Below, piece by piece: positions 24,861-33,941 of a stretch of 37,746 nucleotides of DNA. Within the stretch, counting starts at the first letter, position 1; every line of letters begins with the position of its first letter. This stretch comes from a virus (taxonomy: Duplodnaviria; Caudoviricetes): the IMG/VR virus record IMGVR_UViG_3300037478_000487, positions 1 to 37,746 of that record; one strand, 5' to 3'. Under the pieces are notes generated by a model. The model was not told the DNA's origin and did no database searches. It worked only from the letters and a program-made list of their open reading frames with translations. Both the position numbers and the translations under genes were made by a program.

Positions 24861-26428
24861 GCGACCTCGCCTTCCGCGAGCGGGACCACGTCGACCAGCT
24901 CGCGCATGCGGCGCTTGAGGTGGCGATCTACGGCACGCGCGGTCGCCTCGGGATCGGTCGCGCCCTCGATCGTGATCGACGAAGGCGCGTTGATTGTCGT
25001 TTCACCCTTAGCTGATCCGGCGGCCGAGCGGACGAGCGCCGTGCCTCCCGGCGCCCCCTGGACGTCGACGTTCGCGGCGATGTCCGACCCACTGAGCCAC
25101 GAGAAGGCGCGCTCGACCTCGTCGATCGTCTCGCCGATGTCCCGGACGAAGTCGTCCCACGCCTTGCCGGCGAGCGTGATCGCGTCCTTGAACGAGATCG
25201 TCACGCCGACGAGACCGAAGAGCCACTCCATGAAGCTGCCGAAGACCGACTCGCCACCGCGGAACGCCGTCACGACGTCCTCGACGACGAGCACGATCGC
25301 GACGAACGCGGCGATGAGCAACAGCGTCGGGATCAGGATGGGCGCGAGCGCGAGCACGAGAGCCCCGACGACCACGATCAGCGCGCCGAGCACGGTCTCT
25401 ACGATCGACGAGTTGCGGGCGAGATCTGCCAGGCCGCCCACCGTGTCGGCAATCGCGGTGACGACACGCGCGACGACCGGGATGATATCCGCCGCGAGCA
25501 CGCCCCGGAGCGAGCGCATCGCGAGCCGCAGATCCACGAACGCGTCATCGGCCTCCGCCGCGCCCTCGACGAGCTCCTCCGACAGACCGCCGCCGAGCTC
25601 GTGAAACCGATCGCGCAGCTCCTCGACTGCGCCGGGCCCATCCTCGAGCAGCACCATGAGCTCGTTGCCGGTCCGGCCGAAGAGCTGTTGAGCGAGGGCC
25701 GCGCGGCGCGTCCGGTTCTCGACGCCGGCGAGCGCCGTGATCGACTCGCCGAAGAGCTCCTCCTGCGACCGCAGCTCGCCATTGCTGTCGCGGACGTCGA
25801 TGCCTAGATCGCGCCACGGTCCCCGGCCCGCCTCGGCGTTGCGCGCGAGCCGGGCGAACGCGGCCGTAAGCGCCTCGGTCGAGACGTCGGAGCGCTCGGC
25901 GATGAACTGCCACTCCTGTAGCGCCGTCGACGAGACGCCGAGTCGCTTCGATGTGTCCTCGAGCTCGGCGCCGACCTGGATCACCTCGGCGATCGCGTCG
26001 GTGAAGGTCGAGAGAGCGTGACGGGCCGTCAGCGCCGCGCCCGCGATCGCGGCGAGCACCACGTGCGCCTTGCGGAACCCCGCGACGAGGCCTCCCGTCT
26101 GCGCCGTCGTGGCGCTCTCCCCGGCGCGGACCTTGTCGGCCGCCTGGCCGTACCCTGCCGCGGCCTCTCGCGCCTTCACGTACGCGCGGCGGAGCTCCTC
26201 GAGCTTCTTCGAGTTGTCGCCCTCGGCCTTCTGCAGCTCGCGGATCTTGCGCGCGAGCCGCGACGCCATCTCGGACGCCTGCATCTGCTTCACGCGCAGG
26301 CCCTCGATCTTCGCCTCCGCGGGCGTCAGCGTGCGGAGGTAGCGATCGAGCTCCGCGTTCGCCGCGTCGACCGAGCCGAGGCCGCGCACCTCGGTGTCGA
26401 GCTGAGCAAGAATTTCCCGGAGGGCCAT
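24857..26428 (-). CDS. Tail tape measure protein (short, 523 aa)
   Basis: MALREI start; Ala-rich helical sequence; LGVS..ALQEW..A..S motif; hydrophobic segment; follows the chaperone. Confidence 0.9.
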   Translation of the reverse strand: MALREILAQLDTEVRGLGSVDAANAELDRYLRTLTPAEAKIEGLRVKQMQASEMASRLARKIRELQKAEGDNSKKLEELRRAYVKAREAAAGYGQAADKVRAGESATTAQTGGLVAGFRKAHVVLAAIAGAALTARHALSTFTDAIAEVIQVGAELEDTSKRLGVSSTALQEWQFIAERSDVSTEALTAAFARLARNAEAGRGPWRDLGIDVRDSNGELRSQEELFGESITALAGVENRTRRAALAQQLFGRTGNELMVLLEDGPGAVEELRDRFHELGGGLSEELVEGAAEADDAFVDLRLAMRSLRGVLAADIIPVVARVVTAIADTVGGLADLARNSSIVETVLGALIVVVGALVLALAPILIPTLLLIAAFVAIVLVVEDVVTAFRGGESVFGSFMEWLFGLVGVTISFKDAITLAGKAWDDFVRDIGETIDEVERAFSWLSGSDIAANVDVQGAPGGTALVRSAAGSAKGETTINAPSSITIEGATDPEATARAVDRHLKRRMRELVDVVPLAEGEVA

Positions 26429-26598
26429 CAGCTCTCCGCCGCCTCGAAGGCGTCAAGCACCTCGTGGGCCTCGAGGACCTCCGTCCACGTCCACCGTTTC
26501 CTGATTTCGTTGGGTGACACGTGGTAGCGCTCGCTCGTTGCGATCCTGTGAATGAGCCAGTCGACGGTGGGCGGGATCTTGACCTCTACGAACCCTTT
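26428..26598 (-). CDS. -1 frameshift extension of the tail assembly chaperone (GT-like)
   Basis: The -1 frame reads KGFVEVKIPPTVDWLIHRI...WTWTEVLEAHEVLD and ends at the tape measure start; slippery heptamers lie upstream. Confidence 0.7.
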   Translation of the reverse strand, partial: KGFVEVKIPPTVDWLIHRIATSERYHVSPNEIRKRWTWTEVLEAHEVLDAFEAAES

Positions 26599-26996
26599 CG
26601 CTCGACGAGACCGGCGAACACCTCGCCCACGCGAGAGAAAAAAGGGGCGAACTCCGCCTCGAGATGCGCGCGGAGCAACATGCCGAGGTCGACGTAGCGG
26701 CCCGGCATATGTGTCGCCACGATCTTCGTGAGCGGCACGAGGCCCTCGCGCCCACCGTCCATCGAGACGACGTCGGTGTAGCGCTCGCACGTGTCGCAGA
26801 GCTCCTCGAACGTGCGCTCGTCGAGCTCCTCGAGGAGCTTGCCCACGGCGGCCATCTCCGACACCGACGCCGACGCTCGCGCGCTGGCGGCGATCGTGAC
26901 GAGACGAAAGAGCCACCGGCGTCCGTCCTTGTACGACCACGGGCGGAGCCGATACGTCGTCCCGTCGACGTCGAGGCGGCGATCCTCGCCGTCCAT
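26586..26996 (-). CDS. Tail assembly chaperone (G-like)
   Basis: GGAGG RBS; located between tube and tape measure; VDGTTYRL motif. Confidence 0.8.
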   Translation of the reverse strand: MDGEDRRLDVDGTTYRLRPWSYKDGRRWLFRLVTIAASARASASVSEMAAVGKLLEELDERTFEELCDTCERYTDVVSMDGGREGLVPLTKIVATHMPGRYVDLGMLLRAHLEAEFAPFFSRVGEVFAGLVERKGS

Positions 26997-27433
26997 CACG
27001 CCTCCCGGTTGCCGCCGTCGACGCGCTCGAGCCTGTCGACGCGGAGCGTCCACTCGCGCACAGTCGCCGAGCGATCGAGGCTCACGTCGGGCGGCTTCTG
27101 GATCCAGCACGTGTCCGCCTCGTAGAGCGAGCGTCCGTTGCGATCGCGGATGTAGAGCGCCACGGCGCCGGCGAGGCCGGTGCCCTGCACCGAGAGCGTG
27201 CGGAGCGCCGAGAGGATGTCGTTGCCGTCGGAGGTCTGCAGGAGCAGCACCGTGATCGTCGCGCGACGATCGTTGGTGCGGCTCACCGCGACCTCGCCGT
27301 CCGAGCCGACGACGTCGACGAAGTCCTCGGTCTGCTGCTCGATGCGGAGGAACTCGCCGTCGGCGAAGCCCGCCTCGATGAGCGTCTGCCCGAGGGACAG
27401 CGTGACCTCGTCCGCGTTGTAGCTCTTCGCCAT
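26996..27433 (-). CDS. Tail tube protein (DUF3277-like)
   Basis: GFADGEF, VGSDGEV..S, ITVLLLQTS..ND.LS, WIQKPP and REW motifs. Confidence 0.9.
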   Translation of the reverse strand: MAKSYNADEVTLSLGQTLIEAGFADGEFLRIEQQTEDFVDVVGSDGEVAVSRTNDRRATITVLLLQTSDGNDILSALRTLSVQGTGLAGAVALYIRDRNGRSLYEADTCWIQKPPDVSLDRSATVREWTLRVDRLERVDGGNREA

Positions 27434-27434
27434 G

Positions 27435-29135
27435 TTACGGCCTCACCGTGAAGCGGATCCGCCCGCCGTGGATCGCGCCCTGCACGCCGGCGTCGACGAC
27501 GATCCCGTCGAAGAATCGGTTCTGGCGATCCGCCGGGTCGATGTCCTCGAACGCAGGCGTCTCGACCAAGAAGTCGTCGCGGAAAATCAGATGCGGCGCG
27601 CGGCTCAGCTTTCGCATCGCGGTGCGCACGCCGCCGGCAAGCACGTCGATCCCTGCCGGCGTGTACGGGACCTTCGGGTTGTTGAGGAGCGGCGCGAACA
27701 CGCGCGCCTGCAGCTCCGCCGCAGCGAAGTCGAGGCCCTGCACGATGTCGAGCCACTCCGCATCGCCCGTCAGGCCGCCGAGGACGATCGGCGTTCCGCG
27801 GTTCGTGCCCGCCGGACGCGCGTCGACGTAGACGAAACCGCCCTTGCCTGACACCGGCGATTCGGTCGTCCCGATGATCCGGTCGAGCGCGGTCGTCGAG
27901 AGATCGTCGGGCTCGACGCCCGAGAGGCCCTTGAACGCCCCGGTCCACGAGCCGGGGTCGAGCGCGAGCACGCGCCCGAGCAGCGCCGCGTCGGGGAAAC
28001 GGCCCGCGTTCGCGCGCGAGTAGAAGCCGATCGTGCGCAGGCGCGAGAGGTCGCGGAGGTCGCTAAGGACGTCATCCGAGCCCGCGCCCTCGACGTCCGT
28101 GTCGAACGTGTGCGCGACGTACGCTCGCTTCTCGGTATCGATCCACGCCGCGGCCGCGAGGATCTGCGCCGCGCTCTGGCCGTCCGCGAGGCAGAGCCCG
28201 TACCAGTCTGCGTCCGCCGCCGCGATCCCGGCGAGGTCCACCGCCAGTGTCGTCGCGGGCTCCGCGGTGATGTCGTCGAGCGTGAGGTTCGTCGTCGCGT
28301 CGGCGTAGCCGAACCACGCCCCGGTGTCGTCCGCAGAGATGTCGACGTGCGTCGTGTTGTCCGTGATCGTGATGTCGAGGTTCGGGTTGTCCGCGAAGAT
28401 CTCGCCGACGCCGAGCGTGAGCGTCCCGTTCGTCCCCGTCTGCGCGGGGATCAGCAGGCTGTCGACTCGGGACCAGAACCGAGCGCCGATGAGCGTGGTG
28501 TCGCCGCCGTTCGGGATGAGGAACGCCTCGCTCTGGGCGCGGCCGTCCTCGTCGATGCCGGTCACGACTGCGGTCGACGCGTCCCAGTCCGCGTGCGCGT
28601 TGAGCGTCATCGTGAGGTTGCGGGCCGGGCCGATCGTTCCGCCTCCGGTCACGCCGTCGAGCGACGCCCCGCTCAGCGTCTGCGCCGCCACGGCCGAGGC
28701 CGCCGTCGCGATGATCGCGTCTGGGTCCGCCTGGATGAGCGCGACGAGGAAGTCGCAGATCTCCGACACGGAGGGCGTCGCGTCGGCGGTCACCTCGAAG
28801 CGCACGCCGCCGATCGTGATCCCAAACACCTCGTCCTCGACGGGCGTCCCGGGCGTGAGCCGGATCGTCTGGTCGGGCGTGCCGAGCCGGCGCCCGATCT
28901 TGAACGTCGGCGGCCGCGGGCTCTGCGAGCAGAACGCGACGGCCGCGAGGTAGGCGGCGTCGGTCGTCTCGAAGCCGTCGTCGAGCATCTCGCTCGGATC
29001 GGCGTACGAACGCGCCCGCTCGGGAAACCGCGTGTGGTAGGCCGCGAGCATCGCGATCCCGAAGCCACGGCGCGAGGCCGTCCTCGTCGCTCGCGTGATC
29101 TCGACCGGGAAGATCCTGTCGAACGAGACCGACAT
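27435..29135 (-). CDS. Contractile tail sheath protein (DUF3383-like) with inserted domain
   Basis: GFG, AYLAA..F.QSPRP..KIGRR, DWY, PGS.T..FK.LSGV, WLD...G.D and KVPYT..G motifs. Confidence 0.92.
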   Translation of the reverse strand: MSVSFDRIFPVEITRATRTASRRGFGIAMLAAYHTRFPERARSYADPSEMLDDGFETTDAAYLAAVAFCSQSPRPPTFKIGRRLGTPDQTIRLTPGTPVEDEVFGITIGGVRFEVTADATPSVSEICDFLVALIQADPDAIIATAASAVAAQTLSGASLDGVTGGGTIGPARNLTMTLNAHADWDASTAVVTGIDEDGRAQSEAFLIPNGGDTTLIGARFWSRVDSLLIPAQTGTNGTLTLGVGEIFADNPNLDITITDNTTHVDISADDTGAWFGYADATTNLTLDDITAEPATTLAVDLAGIAAADADWYGLCLADGQSAAQILAAAAWIDTEKRAYVAHTFDTDVEGAGSDDVLSDLRDLSRLRTIGFYSRANAGRFPDAALLGRVLALDPGSWTGAFKGLSGVEPDDLSTTALDRIIGTTESPVSGKGGFVYVDARPAGTNRGTPIVLGGLTGDAEWLDIVQGLDFAAAELQARVFAPLLNNPKVPYTPAGIDVLAGGVRTAMRKLSRAPHLIFRDDFLVETPAFEDIDPADRQNRFFDGIVVDAGVQGAIHGGRIRFTVRP

Positions 29136-29713
29136 CAGGGCACCCCGTCGACTGTGACGTCGATTTGGAGACCGTCGGGCAGCGGATCACCCGCGGCGTC
29201 GCGGAAGAACTCGCTCCGGACCCGCGCCTGCTCGATGAACGGAATGGGCTCGTCGGTCTCCTCGACCGCGTACCCGAGCCGGACGTCCATCGTCGCCATG
29301 CTGCGGATCCGCCCGTCCTCGGTCGGGTCGACGTCGACGATGGCCTCGGTGCGCACATGCGCGAGCTCGAGGCCCCGCAGCGTTTCGAGCGCGGTCGGGA
29401 AGCGCAGTCGCGTGCGAAGCCGCTCGAGGTAGAACCGCGCGCTCTCGGCGAGCGTCTGCTTGTCGCTCCACACGCTGACCTGGAGCGTGAGCTCGCGGTA
29501 GCCCGTGATCGTCGCCTCGACGTGCGTCAGGTCCGGGTCACCCACGTTCGCCCAGCTCACGTCGTCGACGCCGAGCGAGCTCGGCGCGAGGACGTCGAGC
29601 GTCGCGACAGCGCCGAGCACCATCTGCCGTGGCTGCGTCCGCCACTGACAGGGGATCCCGACGAGTGTCTCGATGGCAGCGGGGAGCTCGCTCTGCACGG
29701 TCGCGAAGTCCAT
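29135..29713 (-). CDS. Tail terminator / neck protein
   Basis: ATG 29713; directly before the sheath; G.RELTLQVSVWS and ATMDVRL motifs. Confidence 0.7.
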   Translation of the reverse strand: MDFATVQSELPAAIETLVGIPCQWRTQPRQMVLGAVATLDVLAPSSLGVDDVSWANVGDPDLTHVEATITGYRELTLQVSVWSDKQTLAESARFYLERLRTRLRFPTALETLRGLELAHVRTEAIVDVDPTEDGRIRSMATMDVRLGYAVEETDEPIPFIEQARVRSEFFRDAAGDPLPDGLQIDVTVDGVP

Positions 29714-30105
29714 CAGCCGAGCCTCGTCACGCGGCCTTCGACCGCGTCTTGAACGGTGGCGGTGTCGACCGGCACTCGCGCGCGCACGTCGCGGGCGACC
29801 TGCTCCGCGAGATCTCCGAACGCCGCGTCGTAGGTCTCGCCCTCGAGCACGCGCGCGCCCGCGTCGGCGAGGCGTCGAGCGAGCCCGGCGCGCTGCTCGT
29901 CGATCGTCGACCGGAGAAACCCGACCGGAGCACGGCTGTCGGTGCCGAGCTCGAGCACGCCGGCGACGCCGGCGACGGTCCCGCCCGACGGGTGCTCGCG
30001 CACGCCGACGTCCTCGTGCACGCCGACGGAGACGCGCACGCCCTTGCCGAGCTCGGCGAGACGCTCGCGGAACGCACGCGCTCCGCGGTCGACGTCGCGG
30101 ATCAC
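29713..30105 (-). CDS. Neck/tail-completion protein (HK97 gp10-like)
   Basis: GTG 30105; V.VGV, VA.V..ELGT, FLRSTID and VDTA motifs. Confidence 0.7.
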   Translation of the reverse strand: MIRDVDRGARAFRERLAELGKGVRVSVGVHEDVGVREHPSGGTVAGVAGVLELGTDSRAPVGFLRSTIDEQRAGLARRLADAGARVLEGETYDAAFGDLAEQVARDVRARVPVDTATVQDAVEGRVTRLG

Positions 30106-30395
30106 TCGAGCACCATCCGGTGCGAGGTCCCGACCATGCGCTCGAGCTTGTCGAACTCGTCCTGGTAAACGGTGCGCTGGTTCGCTCCGGCGCCCATGCG
30201 GAGACCTGCCTCTCCGCCCTCGGGCGTGAGCGCGAGCAGGTGGGCCGCCTTCTGCGCCTGGCCATCGTCGAAGTGATCGTCCCAGACCGTCTCGTCCATC
30301 GAACGCGCCGCCTGCGCGAGCTTCTCCGTCACGAGCGCGTCCGGGATGGCCGAGAACGTCGGGAAGCGGGTCTTGAACGTGGCGGCGCTGAGCAT
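30102..30395 (-). CDS. Head-tail adaptor (DUF4054-like)
   Basis: FKTRFPTF..IPD, AAHLLAL and TVYQ.EF motifs. Confidence 0.8.
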   Translation of the reverse strand: MLSAATFKTRFPTFSAIPDALVTEKLAQAARSMDETVWDDHFDDGQAQKAAHLLALTPEGGEAGLRMGAGANQRTVYQDEFDKLERMVGTSHRMVLE

Positions 30396-30737
30396 TTACT
30401 CGCCCCCGCTGCCTCGGCGGCGGCGAGTTGGTGCAGCAGCCGGCACCTCGACAGGCTCGGCCGGTGCGGCCTCTGCCTGCGGGCTCTGTCGGCGCGCCTG
30501 CACCATCGCCTCGAATTGCCCGGCAGCCCCGCGCGGGCGCTTGACGCGCATGCCGCCCTCGACCGGATCGAGTCGCCTCGCCCATCCCGGCTCCTCGAGG
30601 AGTGCTTCGAGGTACCAATCGGGCACCTCGAGGCGGCTCTCGGGCAGGAGCATCATCCGCTCACCGAAGGTCTCGTCTCCCAACGAGCGGCTCGGCAGGT
30701 GGAAGAGGCGAATCGTTGGGTTGGTGATCGTCTGCAC
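30396..30737 (-). CDS. Hypothetical protein following the major capsid gene
   Basis: GGAGG RBS before GTG; typical position; low-complexity tail. Confidence 0.7.
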   Translation of the reverse strand: MQTITNPTIRLFHLPSRSLGDETFGERMMLLPESRLEVPDWYLEALLEEPGWARRLDPVEGGMRVKRPRGAAGQFEAMVQARRQSPQAEAAPAEPVEVPAAAPTRRRRGSGGE

Positions 30738-30749
30738 GGTCGCCTCCGA

Positions 30750-31811
30750 TCAGTCGAGGTTTTCGATGTAGGCGGCGGAGAGCGGCCGCTTGAATACGAC
30801 TCCGCCGAAGACCGCGCGGCACGGCACGACCCACGCAAAGTTCCGCGCCTGCGGCGGAAGCTCCTCGTAGGGCACCGGCAGCTCGGCATAGACCTGGTCG
30901 GCGTTCGGCGAGTACGCGATCCCCATCGGCGGATCGGCGACGCCCACATCGGTGCCCGTCGCGTCGTCGAGCGCGATCCACCGCATGATCTCGCGCAGGC
31001 TCCGGGCGTTCTGCAAGAAGTACGTCGCGACCGAGGGATCGCTCGTGGTCGACGCCTTGAGCGTGCGCAGCCGGCCCTCTTGCGCGGTCGGCAGGAGCAG
31101 CCGGATTGCCGCGTGGTTGTCGCGGCTCTGTCCGATGACCGCCTGCTCGATCTGCGCCAGGTCGGCGAGGATCTCGTCGGCGGTGGCGGTGAGCCACTCG
31201 CCGTTGGTCAGCGTCACGTCCGGCACGCTCGCGTTGTTGAAGAAGCCCTGGATGCCTGCCGACGGGAGGCCCGAGCGGATGAGCTTGTCGAGCTTGCGCG
31301 CGATGAGCTCGGCGGCCGCGTTGGCCTTGTCGCGCGTGAGCGGAATCCCCGAGAACGCCGCCGCCTCGAGGTCCGCGAGCGTGTACTGATAGCTCGCCAC
31401 CACGTGCGTCACCGGGAAGCCGAACTCCTCGTAGCCGACGTCCGCGTTGGGCGCGTCGTCCGCCGAGAGGTCCGCTCCCGCGAGCGCCTCGCCGCGGATG
31501 TCCTGCTGACGGTAGGTGAACTGCTTCGCGCCGCGAGGGACCTCGCTCTTGGTCGGCACCATGAGCGCCGCCTTCAGCATGTCGTAGAGGACCTTCTGCA
31601 CGTCTCGCGAGACGTACACGAGGTCACGCGCGAGGAACGCGGTCTGATTCGCGTCCGCCCGGAGTGCGTCGCGCAGGCCGCTGTCGACGAGCCGCCGCGC
31701 GGTCGCCTCGATCGCCCGGTCGATTGCCTGGTCGTGCTCCGCCGAGCCCCAGAGGTAGGCGACCCCATCGATGCGTTCGTAGCGCGGCTCGTTCTGCGTC
31801 TCTTCGTCCAT
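30750..31811 (-). CDS. Major capsid protein (DUF2184 / HK97 fold)
   Basis: FLARDL, YQYT..DLEAA, G.....I.GFFN and GGV..KRP....Y motifs; GGAG RBS. Confidence 0.9.
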   Translation of the reverse strand: MDEETQNEPRYERIDGVAYLWGSAEHDQAIDRAIEATARRLVDSGLRDALRADANQTAFLARDLVYVSRDVQKVLYDMLKAALMVPTKSEVPRGAKQFTYRQQDIRGEALAGADLSADDAPNADVGYEEFGFPVTHVVASYQYTLADLEAAAFSGIPLTRDKANAAAELIARKLDKLIRSGLPSAGIQGFFNNASVPDVTLTNGEWLTATADEILADLAQIEQAVIGQSRDNHAAIRLLLPTAQEGRLRTLKASTTSDPSVATYFLQNARSLREIMRWIALDDATGTDVGVADPPMGIAYSPNADQVYAELPVPYEELPPQARNFAWVVPCRAVFGGVVFKRPLSAAYIENLD

Positions 31812-31831
31812 GGTCGTTGTCTCCGGCCTGC

Positions 31832-32680
31832 TCAGAGGACGTTGATCTCGAGCAGCCCGAGCGCACCGGCGCTCCCGCTCGTGAGGAGCCGCGCCCTGGT
31901 CCAGGGGAAGCAGTCTCCGGAATCCGTATCGCCGACGCGGATGGCGCCGAGCTTCTCCGCACCTGCCGCGATGCCTCGAACGAGTGGCATGTCACCCGCC
32001 TCGAACGCGTTCTCGACCGTCACCCAGACGCGGCCCTTGCGCCGCACCGGCATGACCTCCTCGTCGAGGTACTTCTGCGCGTCGCTCGCGGAGAAGTCCG
32101 ACCGCGCCTTGTGCGTGCGCACCGAGACGCCGAGCACGTCGCCGCCGCCGACCGAGGCCGCCGCCGAGACGCCCATCGTGAACGTCGCCGCCGTGCCCGC
32201 CTGGATCGGGATCGTGATCGAGACGAAGCGCCGGGCGAAGCCCGTCGTCGTCAGCGTCACGTTGCCGGCGTCCGGGATCGCGAGCGCCTCGGTCTGCTGG
32301 ACGCCGTCCTGATCCTCGTACGTGATTGAGCCGGTCGACGCGTCCCAGTTCGCGTGGCTGTTGAGCGCGACGGTGATCTTCTTCGGCAGGATGTACGGCC
32401 CCGCGCCGAGCGCGCCGTCGACCTCGGGATCGCCAGCGGCCACGACGACCGGGGCACCCGCGGAGGCCGCAACCGGCGTCGCGATGATCCCGTCGACGTC
32501 GGCCGCGACGGCCGGGATCAGCCGCGAGGTCTTGTCGCCCTCGAGGCCGCGCACGACGACGAGCCCCGGATCGATGCCCGCCGTGTCGGCGACGACGGTC
32601 GAGAGGTCGTCCTTGAAGCCGTCGTCGGCCGGCATGCCGGCGTACGCGACCGCGGGATCCTGCGTGTAGCTCGTTTGCAT
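31832..32680 (-). CDS. Capsid decoration/cement protein with inserted domain
   Basis: MQTSY...P..AYAGM N-terminus and GVSVR...V.RKGRVWV C-terminus; located between scaffold and capsid genes; GAGGAG RBS. Confidence 0.8.
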   Translation of the reverse strand: MQTSYTQDPAVAYAGMPADDGFKDDLSTVVADTAGIDPGLVVVRGLEGDKTSRLIPAVAADVDGIIATPVAASAGAPVVVAAGDPEVDGALGAGPYILPKKITVALNSHANWDASTGSITYEDQDGVQQTEALAIPDAGNVTLTTTGFARRFVSITIPIQAGTAATFTMGVSAAASVGGGDVLGVSVRTHKARSDFSASDAQKYLDEEVMPVRRKGRVWVTVENAFEAGDMPLVRGIAAGAEKLGAIRVGDTDSGDCFPWTRARLLTSGSAGALGLLEINVL

Positions 32681-32692
32681 CGGCGTGTCTCC

Positions 32693-33919
32693 TCAGCGGA
32701 CTGTTCCGGGCGCGCTTCGCCCGAGCGTGTGCTTGTTGTGCCCGGCGGGAACCGTCTGGGTTGGCGCGGGCGTCGGCGAGCGGGTCGCGTCCGCCCGCGC
32801 ATTGACGACCGGCGAGACCTTGCCCGCGTGCTTCATCTCGGCGTCGAACCGAGCGCGGACGTACGTCTCGCGCTGCGCCTCCGGAATCGCGTCGGCCTTG
32901 AAGCCGGGCTCGAGCTTCTCGAGCGCAAGCTGCATGACATCGAGCTCGCCCTTGCCGTCGAGCTTCACGTCCGCGCCGAGCACCGGCCTGACACGCTCGA
33001 GCAGCGCGGTGCGGGTCGCGACGCGGGCGTCTAGCCGCGCCGGTTCGAGCTCGGCCTCGAGCTCCTTGACGCGCTTCTCGGCCGCGTCGGCGCGGGCCGT
33101 CTGCGTCGCGTTCGCCGTCTCGGCCTCCTTCGCTCGCTTGTCGAGGGCCGCTCGCTCTTCGGCGGCGGCGGTGTCGCGCCTCTCGCAGGCCTGCGCCCAG
33201 CTGGGCGTGCCGATCTCGTACTCGATCCCGTCGATCCGCTGGGTCTTCATTGCGTCCGCCCTCATTTCCGGCGCCGGCGCCGGCGTGATCCGATTCGGCA
33301 CGGTGGACTCGTCCCCCCGCACCTCGACCGCTGCGTCGCCCTCGCCATCGAGTCGAAGCGACACCGTCGCGCCTGCGCGCCCGCCACCGGGCGGAAGCAG
33401 CGCGACGTGATTGTATTCGCGGTTGCGCTGGACCTGGTCGTAGCGCTGGCCCTGCCAGATCCCAGGCGTCGGGTCGATCCAGACCCGATAGCCGGCAGAG
33501 ATCTCGACGAGCTCGCCCGCGTCGATCCGTCGCACCGTATCGGCGTCCAGCACCGCGAGGTCTGCGAGGACGAGATCGCCGTCGGCACGCGGTTCACCCG
33601 ACACGTGTCCGACCGAGTCGCGCCGGAATGTTTCGGGGGTCACGAGCCGCAAGCCGCCGTCGGGATGGCCGACGGTGACGACCGCGTCGCGGAGCGACCG
33701 CAGAGACTCCAGTCGTCTGACCTCCTCCGGCAGAACGAGCTCGCGCACCGTGCTGCCGTCGGCGCGTCGGTATTCGAGGACGCCGGCGCGCGCCACGGCG
33801 CCGGGCACCCTCACTCCCCCGCTCGGGGTCCTCTCTGCCTTTCGCAACTTGCCGACGTCGACGCGAACCGCGGGCTTCCAGCCCTGCGGGTGCTCGGCGT
33901 TGTCGGCTCGCTGCTGCAC
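32693..33919 (-). CDS. Prohead protease/scaffold (DUF2213-like)
   Basis: ARAGVLEY, VTVGHP, EISAGY, YD.VQRN..YNHVAL...GRAG..V.LRLD and a C-terminal coiled-coil scaffold. Start placed at GTG 33919 (uncertain). Confidence 0.88.
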   Translation of the reverse strand: MQQRADNAEHPQGWKPAVRVDVGKLRKAERTPSGGVRVPGAVARAGVLEYRRADGSTVRELVLPEEVRRLESLRSLRDAVVTVGHPDGGLRLVTPETFRRDSVGHVSGEPRADGDLVLADLAVLDADTVRRIDAGELVEISAGYRVWIDPTPGIWQGQRYDQVQRNREYNHVALLPPGGGRAGATVSLRLDGEGDAAVEVRGDESTVPNRITPAPAPEMRADAMKTQRIDGIEYEIGTPSWAQACERRDTAAAEERAALDKRAKEAETANATQTARADAAEKRVKELEAELEPARLDARVATRTALLERVRPVLGADVKLDGKGELDVMQLALEKLEPGFKADAIPEAQRETYVRARFDAEMKHAGKVSPVVNARADATRSPTPAPTQTVPAGHNKHTLGRSAPGTVR

Positions 33920-33941
33920 GCCCCGAACCTGAGCGAAAAGA

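Noticed and set aside
19925-29135. Stand-alone tailocin or contractile injection system
   Set aside because: It is contiguous with head, packaging and integration genes, so it is an ordinary phage tail.
30750-31811. Encapsulin nanocompartment
   Set aside because: The DUF2184 capsid resembles encapsulins but lies in a full terminase-portal-tail operon.
29673-32312. 879-aa + strand ORF and similar long Arg-rich alternative-frame ORFs
   Set aside because: They are antisense or off-frame to clearly recognisable structural genes. Stop codons are scarce at this GC content.
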